A DNA stretch of 41,771 nucleotides from a virus (lineage: Duplodnaviria > Caudoviricetes): positions 1 to 41,771 of the IMG/VR virus record IMGVR_UViG_3300038393_000273. One strand, 5' to 3'. The notes beneath the pieces were generated by a model. That model did not search any database. It saw nothing but the letters and a program-made list of their open reading frames with translations, and had not been told where the DNA came from. A program made the translations under genes and the position numbers. Below are positions 16,537-24,898 of this stretch, one piece after another (positions within the stretch are counted from its first letter, which is position 1; each line of letters begins with the position of its first letter).

Positions 16537-16640
16537 GCGTCCATGCCTGCCACGAACCGGATTTTTGCGCCCTGACGACGGGCCGGCGCGCCCGAAGTGT
16601 TCGTGATGCCTGTCAACTGTACCTCACTCCCCCCGGTTAT

Positions 16641-16681
16641 TAAACAAGGTGTTGACACCAAATATAAACGTGGTGTTTAAT
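16641..16681 (+). promoter_or_regulatory. PL promoter and OL operators
   Basis: TTGACA(16652)-N18-TTTAAT(16676). Operators TAAACAAGGTGTTGA (16641) and TAAACGTGGTGTTTA (16665) match the OR consensus. Confidence 0.8.
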
Positions 16682-16724
16682 AGCTCCATCGCAACCGAGC
16701 CCAGCAGGGCAGATGGAGAACACG

Positions 16725-16994
16725 ATGAACGCACGTCAACGTCGCACGGCATATCGGAAGATCGACCGTATGGTCGGCAAGACTTTCAACTACATCAAGA
16801 ACCGCTTCGAGGCAGTGCCGGTCGTCGTCCTCGGCCGTACGAAGCCAGTTCATCTGATGAGTTCGAACAGCGACAACTCGATGTTCGATGGCACGCGCCC
16901 GTCCGTCCACCGCGTAATGTGCCGCCGTGCTGGTCGTAATGACGACTCCAGCCTCTCGCCGCGCCTGTCTCAGCTGGCCGCCGCCGAGGCCTGA
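16725..16994 (+). CDS. First PL-operon gene, Arg-rich N-terminus (possible N-like antiterminator)
   Basis: MNARQRRTAYRK, with a GGAG SD. Function is inferred from position only. Confidence 0.55.
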   Translation: MNARQRRTAYRKIDRMVGKTFNYIKNRFEAVPVVVLGRTKPVHLMSSNSDNSMFDGTRPSVHRVMCRRAGRNDDSSLSPRLSQLAAAEA

Positions 16995-16996
16995 CC

Positions 16997-17353
16997 ATGG
17001 ACCGCTACCCCTTCCACGCCGACGACCGTGACGCACGCGTCGCCGAGCTCACCGAGCAGCTGGTGCGCGCCTGGAACCTGCGCCTGCAGGCCGGCGAGCA
17101 GCGCGCCATCAGCGACCTGCAGAACGTCGTGCTGGACCGCCTGACCGAAGCCGACGCCGCTGCCGTGTTCGTTCAAGCCGTGCAGGACGAAGCAGGCGCC
17201 GCCCAGCGCATGCAGCAGTTGGCCGCCGAGGCCATGCGCGCCGAGTGCGAGAACGAGGCCCTGAAACAGATCGAGCAGGCCGAGCAGGCGTTGGCCGAGG
17301 GCCGCGACGCCGACCGGATCGCCCGCGCCATCGAAAGCCGGGAGTTCGCATGA
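16997..17353 (+). CDS. Hypothetical helical protein
   Basis: 118-aa ORF with strong GC3 bias, tightly packed with its neighbours. Confidence 0.7.
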   Translation: MDRYPFHADDRDARVAELTEQLVRAWNLRLQAGEQRAISDLQNVVLDRLTEADAAAVFVQAVQDEAGAAQRMQQLAAEAMRAECENEALKQIEQAEQALAEGRDADRIARAIESREFA

Positions 17354-17562
17354 GCTGCGACCACTGCAACGACACCGGCAGCCTGTCGAAGAACGTCACC
17401 GGCTACCTCGACTGCCCGTACTGCGGCGCCGCCGAAGAGCGCATGCGCGTCGAGGCCTGGGCCCGCCGCGCGGCCCCGGGCGCCGGCCTGATCGACGTCT
17501 GGACGATCTACCAGCACGGCAAGGCGGCGGGCGCGACGGAAGTGGCGCGCACTGGAGCGTAG
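17350..17562 (+). CDS. Small zinc-finger-like protein
   Basis: CDHC...CPYC, with an ATGA overlap and a GGAG SD. Confidence 0.65.
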   Translation: MSCDHCNDTGSLSKNVTGYLDCPYCGAAEERMRVEAWARRAAPGAGLIDVWTIYQHGKAAGATEVARTGA

Positions 17563-17660
17563 CGCGACGCCTCACCCTCGTAAGGGGTGACCACACAGAA
17601 GGGTCGATGTCAGCGCGAATGGGCTGACGCGGGATAAGCACCGACGTCCCGGCCCTTCTG

Positions 17661-17770
17661 TGTGGTGAATGCGCAGGCTGATACGCGCGTGATAGTGAGC
17701 CCGGGCACGCGATCGAGCGGACGTATCTCGAACTGGGTCAAGCCGGATATCAGCACCGGCCACCACACCA
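17661..17770 (+). ncRNA. tRNA-shaped structured RNA with 3' CCA
   Basis: Closing stem TGTGGTG/CACCACA followed by CCA, an abutting GCCGG/CCGGC arm, three further hairpins, and complementary loops GCTGAT/ATCAGC. Confidence 0.65.
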
Positions 17771-17815
17771 ATAAACCAACCGCCGGCGGCGCCGGCCAGA
17801 ACGAGGAGCAGCAGG

Positions 17816-18304
17816 ATGGAAGTCGAGAAACTGACCGGCGCACAGCTGGACTACTGGGTGGCGCGCGCCGAAGGTCGCAAGCTCGAGCAGCGCAATGGCG
17901 AATGGTTCGTTGAGAACGACGACCGCGATTGGATGTTCGAGCTGGAGTTCTACACCCCGCACAAAAGTTGGCCCAGCGCTGGATCGATCATCGAGAGCAA
18001 CAACATCCAGCTGTCGCCGCCGACGTCGCGCGTTCATCGCCATGGCGGCCCGAATGCTGGCTGGGGCCAGGCGGGCGTGTGGTCCGCGTGCACGTGGCAT
18101 CGGGGCGAGGACGGCCGCCGCTCCATCGCGCATGACGAGAAAAGTCCTCTGGTGGCCGCCATGCGCTGCTTCGTGCGGTCGAAGTTTGGCGAGCACGTGC
18201 CGGACGAGCTGCCGGGCGCCGAGCCACCGCAGGTGAACGACCTCTACTCGGCCGCGCAGCACGAGGACGCCTACGGCGATGGCCACCTGGACGGCCCGCA
18301 ATGA
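17816..18304 (+). CDS. NinX/DUF2591-family protein (paralogue of 5303..5668)
   Basis: LTGAQLDYWVARAEG and SPLVAAMRCFVRSKFGEHV motifs. Confidence 0.75.
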   Translation: MEVEKLTGAQLDYWVARAEGRKLEQRNGEWFVENDDRDWMFELEFYTPHKSWPSAGSIIESNNIQLSPPTSRVHRHGGPNAGWGQAGVWSACTWHRGEDGRRSIAHDEKSPLVAAMRCFVRSKFGEHVPDELPGAEPPQVNDLYSAAQHEDAYGDGHLDGPQ

Positions 18305-18510
18305 ACGCCGCCGCCCGCATCGCGCGCCGCCTGGTGCGCAAGGCCATCAAGCCGGCCGCGCTGTGGCTCACCGACCGCCAGATCGGCGCTGCCGTGTACG
18401 AGATCACCCGGCTGCTGGAGATGCGCGAAGAGATCGTCGGCATCGTCAACAGCGAGCGCGTGCGCGAAGTGCAGCTGATCGAGCGCCGCAACGCAATCCA
18501 AAAATGGTAA
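18301..18510 (+). CDS. Hypothetical protein
   Basis: 69-aa ORF with an ATGA overlap. Confidence 0.6.
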   Translation: MNAAARIARRLVRKAIKPAALWLTDRQIGAAVYEITRLLEMREEIVGIVNSERVREVQLIERRNAIQKW

Positions 18511-18630
18511 CCCGCGAGGAAAACATGATCCGCCACATCCTGAACCAGTACCGCCTGTCCCTGCGCGCCGGCTTCCGCCCGCGCAAAGCCGCCGTCCGCG
18601 CCGTGCGCACGTACGTGTTCGGTTTCTGAC

Positions 18631-18798
18631 ATGAAACGCAAGTACCGCGAAGCGATGCGCGCCGCGGCCCGCGAGCGGGATCGCCAGCCCGACGAGGACG
18701 ACGAGGCGATCGAGGCGCGCGACTGGCACGACGAGTGGGCGAGAACGCATCCGATGCCCGAGCAAGCAGCAGATTTTCAAATGGAGATGACGAAGTGA
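18631..18798 (+). CDS. Small hypothetical protein (55 aa)
   Basis: MKRKYREAMRAAARERDRQPDEDD..., translated by hand. Its stop overlaps the ERF GTG start. Confidence 0.5.
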   Translation: MKRKYREAMRAAARERDRQPDEDDEAIEARDWHDEWARTHPMPEQAADFQMEMTK

Positions 18799-19586
18799 AA
18801 AGCGAAACTATCGAGATGACTCTGGAGCCCGTCGAGGCCCGGCCGCAGCAGTACTCAGTCGCACCGCAGCGGGAGACGGCAACGGCGGTGGCAGTAACGC
18901 CGGTCGATCTTCTTCGCCGCGCGCTGGACAGCGGCGCCGATCTGGACCGTCTGGAGCGCCTGATGGACCTGCAGCAGCGCTACGAGGAAAACGAGGCGCG
19001 CAAGGCGTACGTCGCCGACATGGCCGAGTTCAAACGCAACCCGCCGGCGATCATCAAGGACAAGCAGGTCGGCTACACCGGGAAGGATGGCTTCGTCGGC
19101 TACTCGCACGCCTCGCTCGGCAACGTCACGAGCGCGATCGTGGAAGGCCTGGCGCAGCACGGATTCAGCCATCGATGGGATACCGAGCAGCAGGGCAGCA
19201 ACGTCATCGTCACGTGCATCCTGACGCACCGCATGGGCCACAGCGAGCGCACGACGCTGACCGCGGCGAAAGACGATTCGGGCAAGAAGAACAACATCCA
19301 GCAGATGGCGTCCGCCGTTACCTACCTGCAGCGGTACACGCTGCTGGCCGCGACCGGGCTGGCGACGAAGGACCAAGACGACGACGGCGCGAAGGCAGAT
19401 CTGGACACCTCGCTCGCGGACAACTGGATCGCTCGCGTCAACGCGGCGCCGACCGACGCTGACGTCGTGAAGGTGTGGGAACTGGGAATCGTCGCCATCG
19501 AGAAGGCGAAGGACCAGCACGCATATCGCGAGTTCAAGGCCGCCGTGGCTGCGCGCCGTGCTGTCCTGGCCGGAGGTGAGCCGTGA
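18795..19586 (+). CDS. ERF-family single-strand annealing protein
   Basis: YSHASL, CILTHRMGHSE and QQMASAVTYLQRYTLLAATGLATKDQDDDG motifs. Confidence 0.9.
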   Translation: MKSETIEMTLEPVEARPQQYSVAPQRETATAVAVTPVDLLRRALDSGADLDRLERLMDLQQRYEENEARKAYVADMAEFKRNPPAIIKDKQVGYTGKDGFVGYSHASLGNVTSAIVEGLAQHGFSHRWDTEQQGSNVIVTCILTHRMGHSERTTLTAAKDDSGKKNNIQQMASAVTYLQRYTLLAATGLATKDQDDDGAKADLDTSLADNWIARVNAAPTDADVVKVWELGIVAIEKAKDQHAYREFKAAVAARRAVLAGGEP

Positions 19587-20233
19587 AGTTCATCGAATGC
19601 CTCCAGGGAACCCCCGAGTGGTTCGCCGCGCGCTGCGGCAAGATCACCGCCTCCTGCTTTGCTGAAGCCATCAGCACGTGCTCGCGCAAGTCTGGCGCGC
19701 GCGATGTCGGCGATCCGACGGCGGTAGCCGAGCGCTACGCCGCCGACCTGGCGATCGAGCGCGTCAGCGGCCAGCCGCACGGCGAGCCGCCGAAAGCCTG
19801 GGTGCTGGAGCGCGGCCACGAGATGGAAGCAGCGGCACGCATGCACTACGAAGCCCGCACTGGCTCGTTCGTGACCGAGGCCGGCATCTGCGTGACCGAC
19901 GATGGCGTGTTCGGCTACAGCACCGACGGCCTGGTCGACGACGACGGCCTCATCGAGGTCAAGGCTCCGATCGACAGCGCGAAGATCCTGGCGATGTGGC
20001 AGACCGGGAACACGTCGGAATACGACCACCAGATGCAGGGCGGCATGTGGATCACGGGCCGGAAGTGGTGCGACTTCATCATGTACGTCCCGGACTTGGC
20101 CGCTGTCGGCAAGGACCTGTTCGTCAAGCGCGTGTTCCGCGACGAGGCGTTCATCGACGCGATGGTCACGAAGCTGGCGAAGTTCGACGGCATGGTGCAG
20201 GCGTACGAGCGTGTGCTGCGGGAGGCGGTGTGA
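19583..20233 (+). CDS. Lambda exonuclease/YqaJ-family nuclease
   Basis: QGTPEWFAARCGKITAS, RGHEME, STDGLV...IEVKAP and QMQGGMWITGRKWCDF motifs. Confidence 0.92.
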   Translation: MKFIECLQGTPEWFAARCGKITASCFAEAISTCSRKSGARDVGDPTAVAERYAADLAIERVSGQPHGEPPKAWVLERGHEMEAAARMHYEARTGSFVTEAGICVTDDGVFGYSTDGLVDDDGLIEVKAPIDSAKILAMWQTGNTSEYDHQMQGGMWITGRKWCDFIMYVPDLAAVGKDLFVKRVFRDEAFIDAMVTKLAKFDGMVQAYERVLREAV

Positions 20234-20619
20234 CCGAAAAGCGCGTCTTCCGCATCACGCCAACGAACCGGCGCCACGTGGCCGAGCAGGTGGCGAACCT
20301 GCCTGAAGGGTTCGTGATCAAGGCCGGCCCGCCGACGCGCAGCCTAGAGCAAAACGCAATGCTGCACGCGATGTTCGGCGAGCTGGAGACGAAGGCACGG
20401 CACTACGGCCAGCGCCGGTCGGCGACGCAGTGGAAGACGCTGATGATCAGCGCGCACGCGATCGCTACCGGCTTGGGCGTCGAGATGGTGCCCGGCCTTG
20501 AGGGCGAATTCGTCAACATCCGCGAGAGCTCGGCCAACATGACCGTCGCGCGCATGACGAGCCTGATCGAGTACGTGCACGCGTGGGCTGCAGAGAACGG
20601 CGTGCGCCTGGAGGGCTGA
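20230..20619 (+). CDS. ninB: NinB/Orf-family recombination mediator
   Basis: RSLEQNAMLHAM, WKTL and SSANMTVARMTSLIEYVHAW motifs. GTG start overlaps the exonuclease stop. Confidence 0.85.
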   Translation: MTEKRVFRITPTNRRHVAEQVANLPEGFVIKAGPPTRSLEQNAMLHAMFGELETKARHYGQRRSATQWKTLMISAHAIATGLGVEMVPGLEGEFVNIRESSANMTVARMTSLIEYVHAWAAENGVRLEG

Positions 20620-20620
20620 C

Positions 20621-20869
20621 ATGGACCCGGCCCGCATCCAGTTCCGCGAGCAGGCACGCCGGCTCATCGAAGACGAGGAGCAGCTCGGCCTGAACTGCCG
20701 AGGCTGCATGTTCGACCGCCAGCCGGCCCGGGTGTGCCGCGCCGTAGAGGTCGAGGCAGCGAAGCGCGGCCTGCGCGACTGCGACGCGGTCGACCAGTTC
20801 GGCGACGTCGTGATTTACGTGGCTGCGGACGTGGACCCGTGCCAGATGGATTTGATAGGTGTTCCGTGA
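20621..20869 (+). CDS. Cys-containing hypothetical protein
   Basis: CRGCMF...C...C pattern, with a GGAGG SD. Confidence 0.6.
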   Translation: MDPARIQFREQARRLIEDEEQLGLNCRGCMFDRQPARVCRAVEVEAAKRGLRDCDAVDQFGDVVIYVAADVDPCQMDLIGVP

Positions 20870-21996
20870 CTGCCTGGGCCTACTACAACGAGATTGACGA
20901 ATATGCGGCCGCATGGCTGCGCAACCTGATCGCCGCCGGCCACATCGCGCCGGGGGAGGTCGACACAAGGAGCATCGAGGATGTACACCCCGCCGACCTG
21001 GAGGACTTCGCCCAGTGCCACTTCTTCGCCGGAGTCGGCGTCTGGAGTCTCGCGCTTCGCCGTGCTGGATGGCCGGACGACCGACCTGTTTGGACTGGTT
21101 CCTGTCCGTGCCAACCTTTCAGCGCGGCAGGCAAAGGAGCTGGATTTGCTGACGAGCGGCACCTATGGCCGGCATTCTTCCACCTCATCCGCGAGCGGCG
21201 CCCTGCAGGCGTCCTTGGAGAGCAGGTTGCGAGCAAAGACGCAGATCCTTGGATCGACCTTGTACAAGATGACCTGGAAGGCTTGGGATACCGGGTCGGG
21301 GCGATCCCGTTCCCGTCTGCGGGCGTCGGTGCTCCGCACATCCGAGACCGGCTCTACTGGGCAGCCCACGCCGGTCAAGGGCAACGGGGATCGGGGCGGA
21401 CAGGATCCGGAAAAGCGAGCGGGGCACATGATCAATCTTCAGGACTCCGTCTTGTTGGCGGGCTGGCCCACGCCGATGGCGGGAACTCCAGCGCAGAACG
21501 GCAACAACGCCGCGGGCAACAACGACAGCAGTCGAAAGACAGTGGACGTGGTCTCGTGGCACCTGTCGGGCTGGACGACCCCTTCAGCGTCCGATTCAAC
21601 GCGTGCGGGGTCGATTACCGAGAACATGACGGGGTCATCACTGGCGCAGCAGATCAAGTATGCGGGATGGCCAACCCCGCGAGCAGCGGACGGCGAGAAG
21701 AACGTGCGAACACTGGATGGAGCGACGTCCGAGATCGAGCGCAAGGGATCGCCACAGGACTTGTCGATGGCGGCAGCGATCTGCGGTCCGGCCCGACTAA
21801 CGGCTACTGGCGAGATGCTGACTGGCTCGGATGCCGGGATGGAAAGTGGCGGCCAGTTGAACCCGGCACATTCCCGCTGGCTCATGGGGCTGCCAGCCGC
21901 GTGGGACGACTGCGCGCCTACGGTAACGCGATCAACGCCGAAGCGGCGCGCGTATGGGTCGAATGCGTGATGCAGAGCATGGACGAAAAACGATGA
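20866..21996 (+). CDS. C5 cytosine DNA methyltransferase, catalytic (alpha-like) chain
   Basis: Motif I FFAGVG, motif [11 protein letters not shown], motif VI EQV, motif [12 protein letters not shown] and motif [10 protein letters not shown]. No motif IX in this frame. Confidence 0.88.
   Translation: MTAWAYYNEIDEYAAAWLRNLIAAGHIAPGEVDTRSIEDVHPADLEDFAQCHFFAGVGVWSLALRRAGWPDDRPVWTGSCPCQPFSAAGKGAGFADERHLWPAFFHLIRERRPAGVLGEQVASKDADPWIDLVQDDLEGLGYRVGAIPFPSAGVGAPHIRDRLYWAAHAGQGQRGSGRTGSGKASGAHDQSSGLRLVGGLAHADGGNSSAERQQRRGQQRQQSKDSGRGLVAPVGLDDPFSVRFNACGVDYREHDGVITGAADQVCGMANPASSGRREERANTGWSDVRDRAQGIATGLVDGGSDLRSGPTNGYWRDADWLGCRDGKWRPVEPGTFPLAHGAASRVGRLRAYGNAINAEAARVWVECVMQSMDEKR
20981..21970 (+). CDS. 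Overlapping +1-frame methyltransferase partner (beta-like) chain: TRD-like repeats plus motif IX
   Basis: 329 codons open inside the MTase gene. AAGGAG lies 8 nt before the ATG. Carries four G(W/Q)(P/T)TP repeats and [13 protein letters not shown]. Confidence 0.75.
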   Translation: MYTPPTWRTSPSATSSPESASGVSRFAVLDGRTTDLFGLVPVRANLSARQAKELDLLTSGTYGRHSSTSSASGALQASLESRLRAKTQILGSTLYKMTWKAWDTGSGRSRSRLRASVLRTSETGSTGQPTPVKGNGDRGGQDPEKRAGHMINLQDSVLLAGWPTPMAGTPAQNGNNAAGNNDSSRKTVDVVSWHLSGWTTPSASDSTRAGSITENMTGSSLAQQIKYAGWPTPRAADGEKNVRTLDGATSEIERKGSPQDLSMAAAICGPARLTATGEMLTGSDAGMESGGQLNPAHSRWLMGLPAAWDDCAPTVTRSTPKRRAYGSNA

Positions 21997-22448
21997 TGAA
22001 CGAGGACCACATGAACCAGAACACCGACATCCTGCACGAGGCCCGGAAGCTGCGCCTGCTGGCCGCCGCGCTCGAGCTGCAGCACTTCACCCGCGGCGCG
22101 GCGAACATCGTGCCCGTCACTGGTACCGACCGCGTGATCGCGATCGGGACGCCGGCGCAAGTGCGCGCGCTGCTGGTCGCCGCTCCCATCGCAGCAGCAC
22201 CCGCTGCGGAAGAAGTGCAGTGGATCAGCGTCGACAAGCAACTGCCGGCCCTTGGCGAAGAGGTTCTGATCTGGTGCGGATACCGAATCTGCGGCTACCG
22301 GAGCGACGACAAGAACGACCCTGAGAACCATGAAGGCTGGGTGATCGACTTCGACAATGGGAATGCCAAGGCCATCACGCACTGGATGCCTCTGCCCGCG
22401 GCGCCGGCCATGAAGCGCCCGGCCAGCACCGAAGGCGGTGCAGCATGA
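21993..22448 (+). CDS. DUF551 (Eaa-like) domain protein
   Basis: WISVDKQLP...EVLIW...ITHWMPLPAAP. Confidence 0.8.
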   Translation: MMNEDHMNQNTDILHEARKLRLLAAALELQHFTRGAANIVPVTGTDRVIAIGTPAQVRALLVAAPIAAAPAAEEVQWISVDKQLPALGEEVLIWCGYRICGYRSDDKNDPENHEGWVIDFDNGNAKAITHWMPLPAAPAMKRPASTEGGAA

Positions 22449-22723
22449 GCGCGATTTTTTTTGTGGAAGCCGGCGTTGATTACGAGGGCTCGACGCCGGT
22501 ACGTGCATTCGACAACAAGGACGATGCCGAGGCATTCGCCGAGCGTTGCCGCGAACACCATAAGGCCCGGCCCGCCTTTCCGGCCGTTTTGAACGAGGCC
22601 AGTGCCGAGACGCGGAGGAATGCGGAAAGCGCCTGGGCGACAGCACATCCCGGCGGCGATGTCGGATCGCCTGATTACTTCAAAGTGATCGAGGTGCCAT
22701 TCGGCCCGCTTGTCGATGTGTAG
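22445..22723 (+). CDS. Hypothetical protein
   Basis: 92-aa ORF with an ATGA overlap. Confidence 0.6.
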   Translation: MSAIFFVEAGVDYEGSTPVRAFDNKDDAEAFAERCREHHKARPAFPAVLNEASAETRRNAESAWATAHPGGDVGSPDYFKVIEVPFGPLVDV

Positions 22724-22819
22724 CCGCCTGCTCACCTGGCTCCAAGCCCTTACCGAGTGGTTAGCGGATTACATGCGCCGCACCACTCCGCAAACAGATA
22801 AAGAAAGTGAGGATCATCA

Positions 22820-23677
22820 ATGGTAACGAACAACGAGTTGGACCTGAATAAGCTGGAAGCTGAATGGGAAACCGCGTTCGATATGGGGAAGGACGAATAC
22901 CCAATCGACCCGGCCACCGTTCTCCAACTGATCGAGCTTGCCCGCCGCTCTACCAGCGGGAGCGACGAACGCACGAAAACTGATTTCGGCGAACACGCGC
23001 GCTCGTGCGCCGAAAACGGCACCGTGCCGATGAAGTTCAGTGAGTTCAAGGCCAGCGGGAGCGACGGAACAGCCGCTGCCGGGGCAGGACGCTTGCCCGC
23101 GTTCACCCCGTCCGAACAGCAATACATGGACTGGTGCGAGCGGCACGACCTGCCGGACCACCTGAGCCGCGATGCATTCGATGATGCGACGTCGCTTTAC
23201 CTGACCGTCACCAGCGGGAGCGAACTGGCGGACGTGCTTGGCCCGCAACGCTGGTCGAAGGAAGCCGAGATGATGGAATCGTGGCTCGCCCAGCAGGCTG
23301 CAGCGCCTGCCGATTTCGTGCTGGTGCCGAAGAAGATCACGCCCGAGATGATCGAAGCTGCGATGATCGCGCACTACGGCAAGCGCCGCGTGGCGGCCGT
23401 GGGCGGGGCTGGGGGCATCGACATGACAGTAAACGACACCAATTTCAGCGGCGTGACGGCCATGCGCAACTTCTGGCGCGGCGCACTGGCCGCCGCTCCT
23501 ACCGCTGCTGCGCAATCCGAGCAGGATGCGAAGCGGCAGGACTGCGGCCATGGTCATGTCTATCCGAACGCTAACGGCCTGAAGGCCCGTTGCGGTGGCC
23601 CGGCGCTGTGCGCGTTCTGCGCAAGCGATCTCGCCGCCAAGACGCAGGGTACGGCAGGTCAGGACGGTGCCGCATGA
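22820..23677 (+). CDS. Mosaic hypothetical protein with an Ead/Ea22-like N-terminal segment
   Basis: LDLNKLE...DPATVLQLIELAR and VLVPKKITPEMIEAA segments. GAGG SD. Confidence 0.6.
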   Translation: MVTNNELDLNKLEAEWETAFDMGKDEYPIDPATVLQLIELARRSTSGSDERTKTDFGEHARSCAENGTVPMKFSEFKASGSDGTAAAGAGRLPAFTPSEQQYMDWCERHDLPDHLSRDAFDDATSLYLTVTSGSELADVLGPQRWSKEAEMMESWLAQQAAAPADFVLVPKKITPEMIEAAMIAHYGKRRVAAVGGAGGIDMTVNDTNFSGVTAMRNFWRGALAAAPTAAAQSEQDAKRQDCGHGHVYPNANGLKARCGGPALCAFCASDLAAKTQGTAGQDGAA

Positions 23678-23919
23678 GCGAAACCGAATACCTGAAACGC
23701 CGGCTTGCCATCGCCGAAGAAGGGCTTCGCCGCGTGATGATGGTCGTCATGCAGCAGCTGCCGCCGTACGCGGCGAACAACCTGAACGATGTCGGGCGCG
23801 GCTGGGACCAAGCCCTGGACAACCTGGACGCCGAAGCAAACAGAGCAGCCGCCCAGGGGTCTGCAGTTCACGACCGCGCAGCTCAGGCGGCAGCTCACAA
23901 CACTGGAGATACGAAATGA
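23674..23919 (+). CDS. Hypothetical protein
   Basis: MSETEYLKRRL..., with ATGA overlaps at both ends. Confidence 0.6.
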   Translation: MSETEYLKRRLAIAEEGLRRVMMVVMQQLPPYAANNLNDVGRGWDQALDNLDAEANRAAAQGSAVHDRAAQAAAHNTGDTK

Positions 23920-24161
23920 ACAAACTTCGTGTGGCGTGCTCGCCACTGACCGGGACCATTTATGCCGGCCTCCCGAACAAGGCCGGGACCGCGTGGGCGG
24001 GCGAGAAGCACGACGTCACCAGCGACGTGATCGGCGCCGTAATCGAGAAGGTCGGCGCGGGCAACATCATCACCGTGAACGAGAACGGCAAGCCAGCCTA
24101 CGAAATCGAAGTGCGCGCGCTGGCGGCATCTCACGACACGAATGGAGAAACGAATGTGTAA
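23916..24161 (+). CDS. Hypothetical protein
   Basis: MNKLRVACSPLTGTIYAG..., with a GGAG SD. Confidence 0.65.
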   Translation: MNKLRVACSPLTGTIYAGLPNKAGTAWAGEKHDVTSDVIGAVIEKVGAGNIITVNENGKPAYEIEVRALAASHDTNGETNV

Positions 24162-24582
24162 CTACTGGCATGGCGGCACCATCGAGTGCCGAGGCGACGG
24201 CTATATGTGGGATGCTGATTGCGACGGGTACGACCCGGAAGACCACAGCTTCCCCTGCCCGGCATGCAACACGCGCGAATACCTGCTGAGCGCGAAGGAA
24301 AGCGGCGAGAGCATTTCGTATTCGTCGGGCATGGATGGCGACTGGACCGGTGAGGAAATGTGGGTCGGCGGCGTGAAGGTGGCGATGCGCGCGAACCCGC
24401 AGGCCGCGCCGCGCATCCTGCGACAGATCGGCATCGCGCGCCCGATCATCGACCATCCGACCGACCGCGCGGGGTTTATCGAGAAGTTCTATGACCATCG
24501 CAACGAGCGCCGCCTCGTGAGCCGCAACCAGCGCGAGGGATGCTATTCCAAACGCCGGCAGATGGAGGTTACGAATGACTGA
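24154..24582 (+). CDS. Cys-rich hypothetical protein
   Basis: MCNY...C..GYMWDAD...PCPACN, with a GGAG SD. Confidence 0.65.
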   Translation: MCNYWHGGTIECRGDGYMWDADCDGYDPEDHSFPCPACNTREYLLSAKESGESISYSSGMDGDWTGEEMWVGGVKVAMRANPQAAPRILRQIGIARPIIDHPTDRAGFIEKFYDHRNERRLVSRNQREGCYSKRRQMEVTND

Positions 24583-24898
24583 CCACAACCTGGAAGCCGA
24601 GCGCGCTGCACCGGGAATTACCGATGCTGAGATCGCGGGCATCATGGGCTGGCGCGGCCCAGGCGTCTACAGCGGCCCGACCTTACGCAAGATCCGCCGG
24701 GTGCTGGAAGAAGATCGTGCGCGCCGCGCTCCTGCCTTGGGCGAGGACGGCCTGCCGCCTCTGCCTGAGCCCGATGCCGATCTGCTGGGCGACGGCCAGT
24801 ATCTCGCGTGGGGCGAAAAACGAGTCCGCCAGGCCCAGCGCGACGCCGTTGCGGCTGATCGAGCGGCGCGCCAAAACCACAAGGAGATCACCTCATGA
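24575..24898 (+). CDS. Hypothetical protein
   Basis: 107 aa with an LPPLPEP linker and a GGAGG SD. Confidence 0.6.
   Translation: MTDHNLEAERAAPGITDAEIAGIMGWRGPGVYSGPTLRKIRRVLEEDRARRAPALGEDGLPPLPEPDADLLGDGQYLAWGEKRVRQAQRDAVAADRAARQNHKEITS

Noticed and set aside
17661-17770. Canonical tRNA gene
   Set aside because: It lacks the TTCRA T-loop, a canonical D-arm and a 7-nt anticodon loop. Retained as a tRNA-like ncRNA instead.
20866-21996. Frameshifted methyltransferase pseudogene or sequencing error
   Set aside because: Both frames are open over the entire overlap and frame A resumes conserved motif X after the +1-frame motif IX. A single indel cannot produce this.
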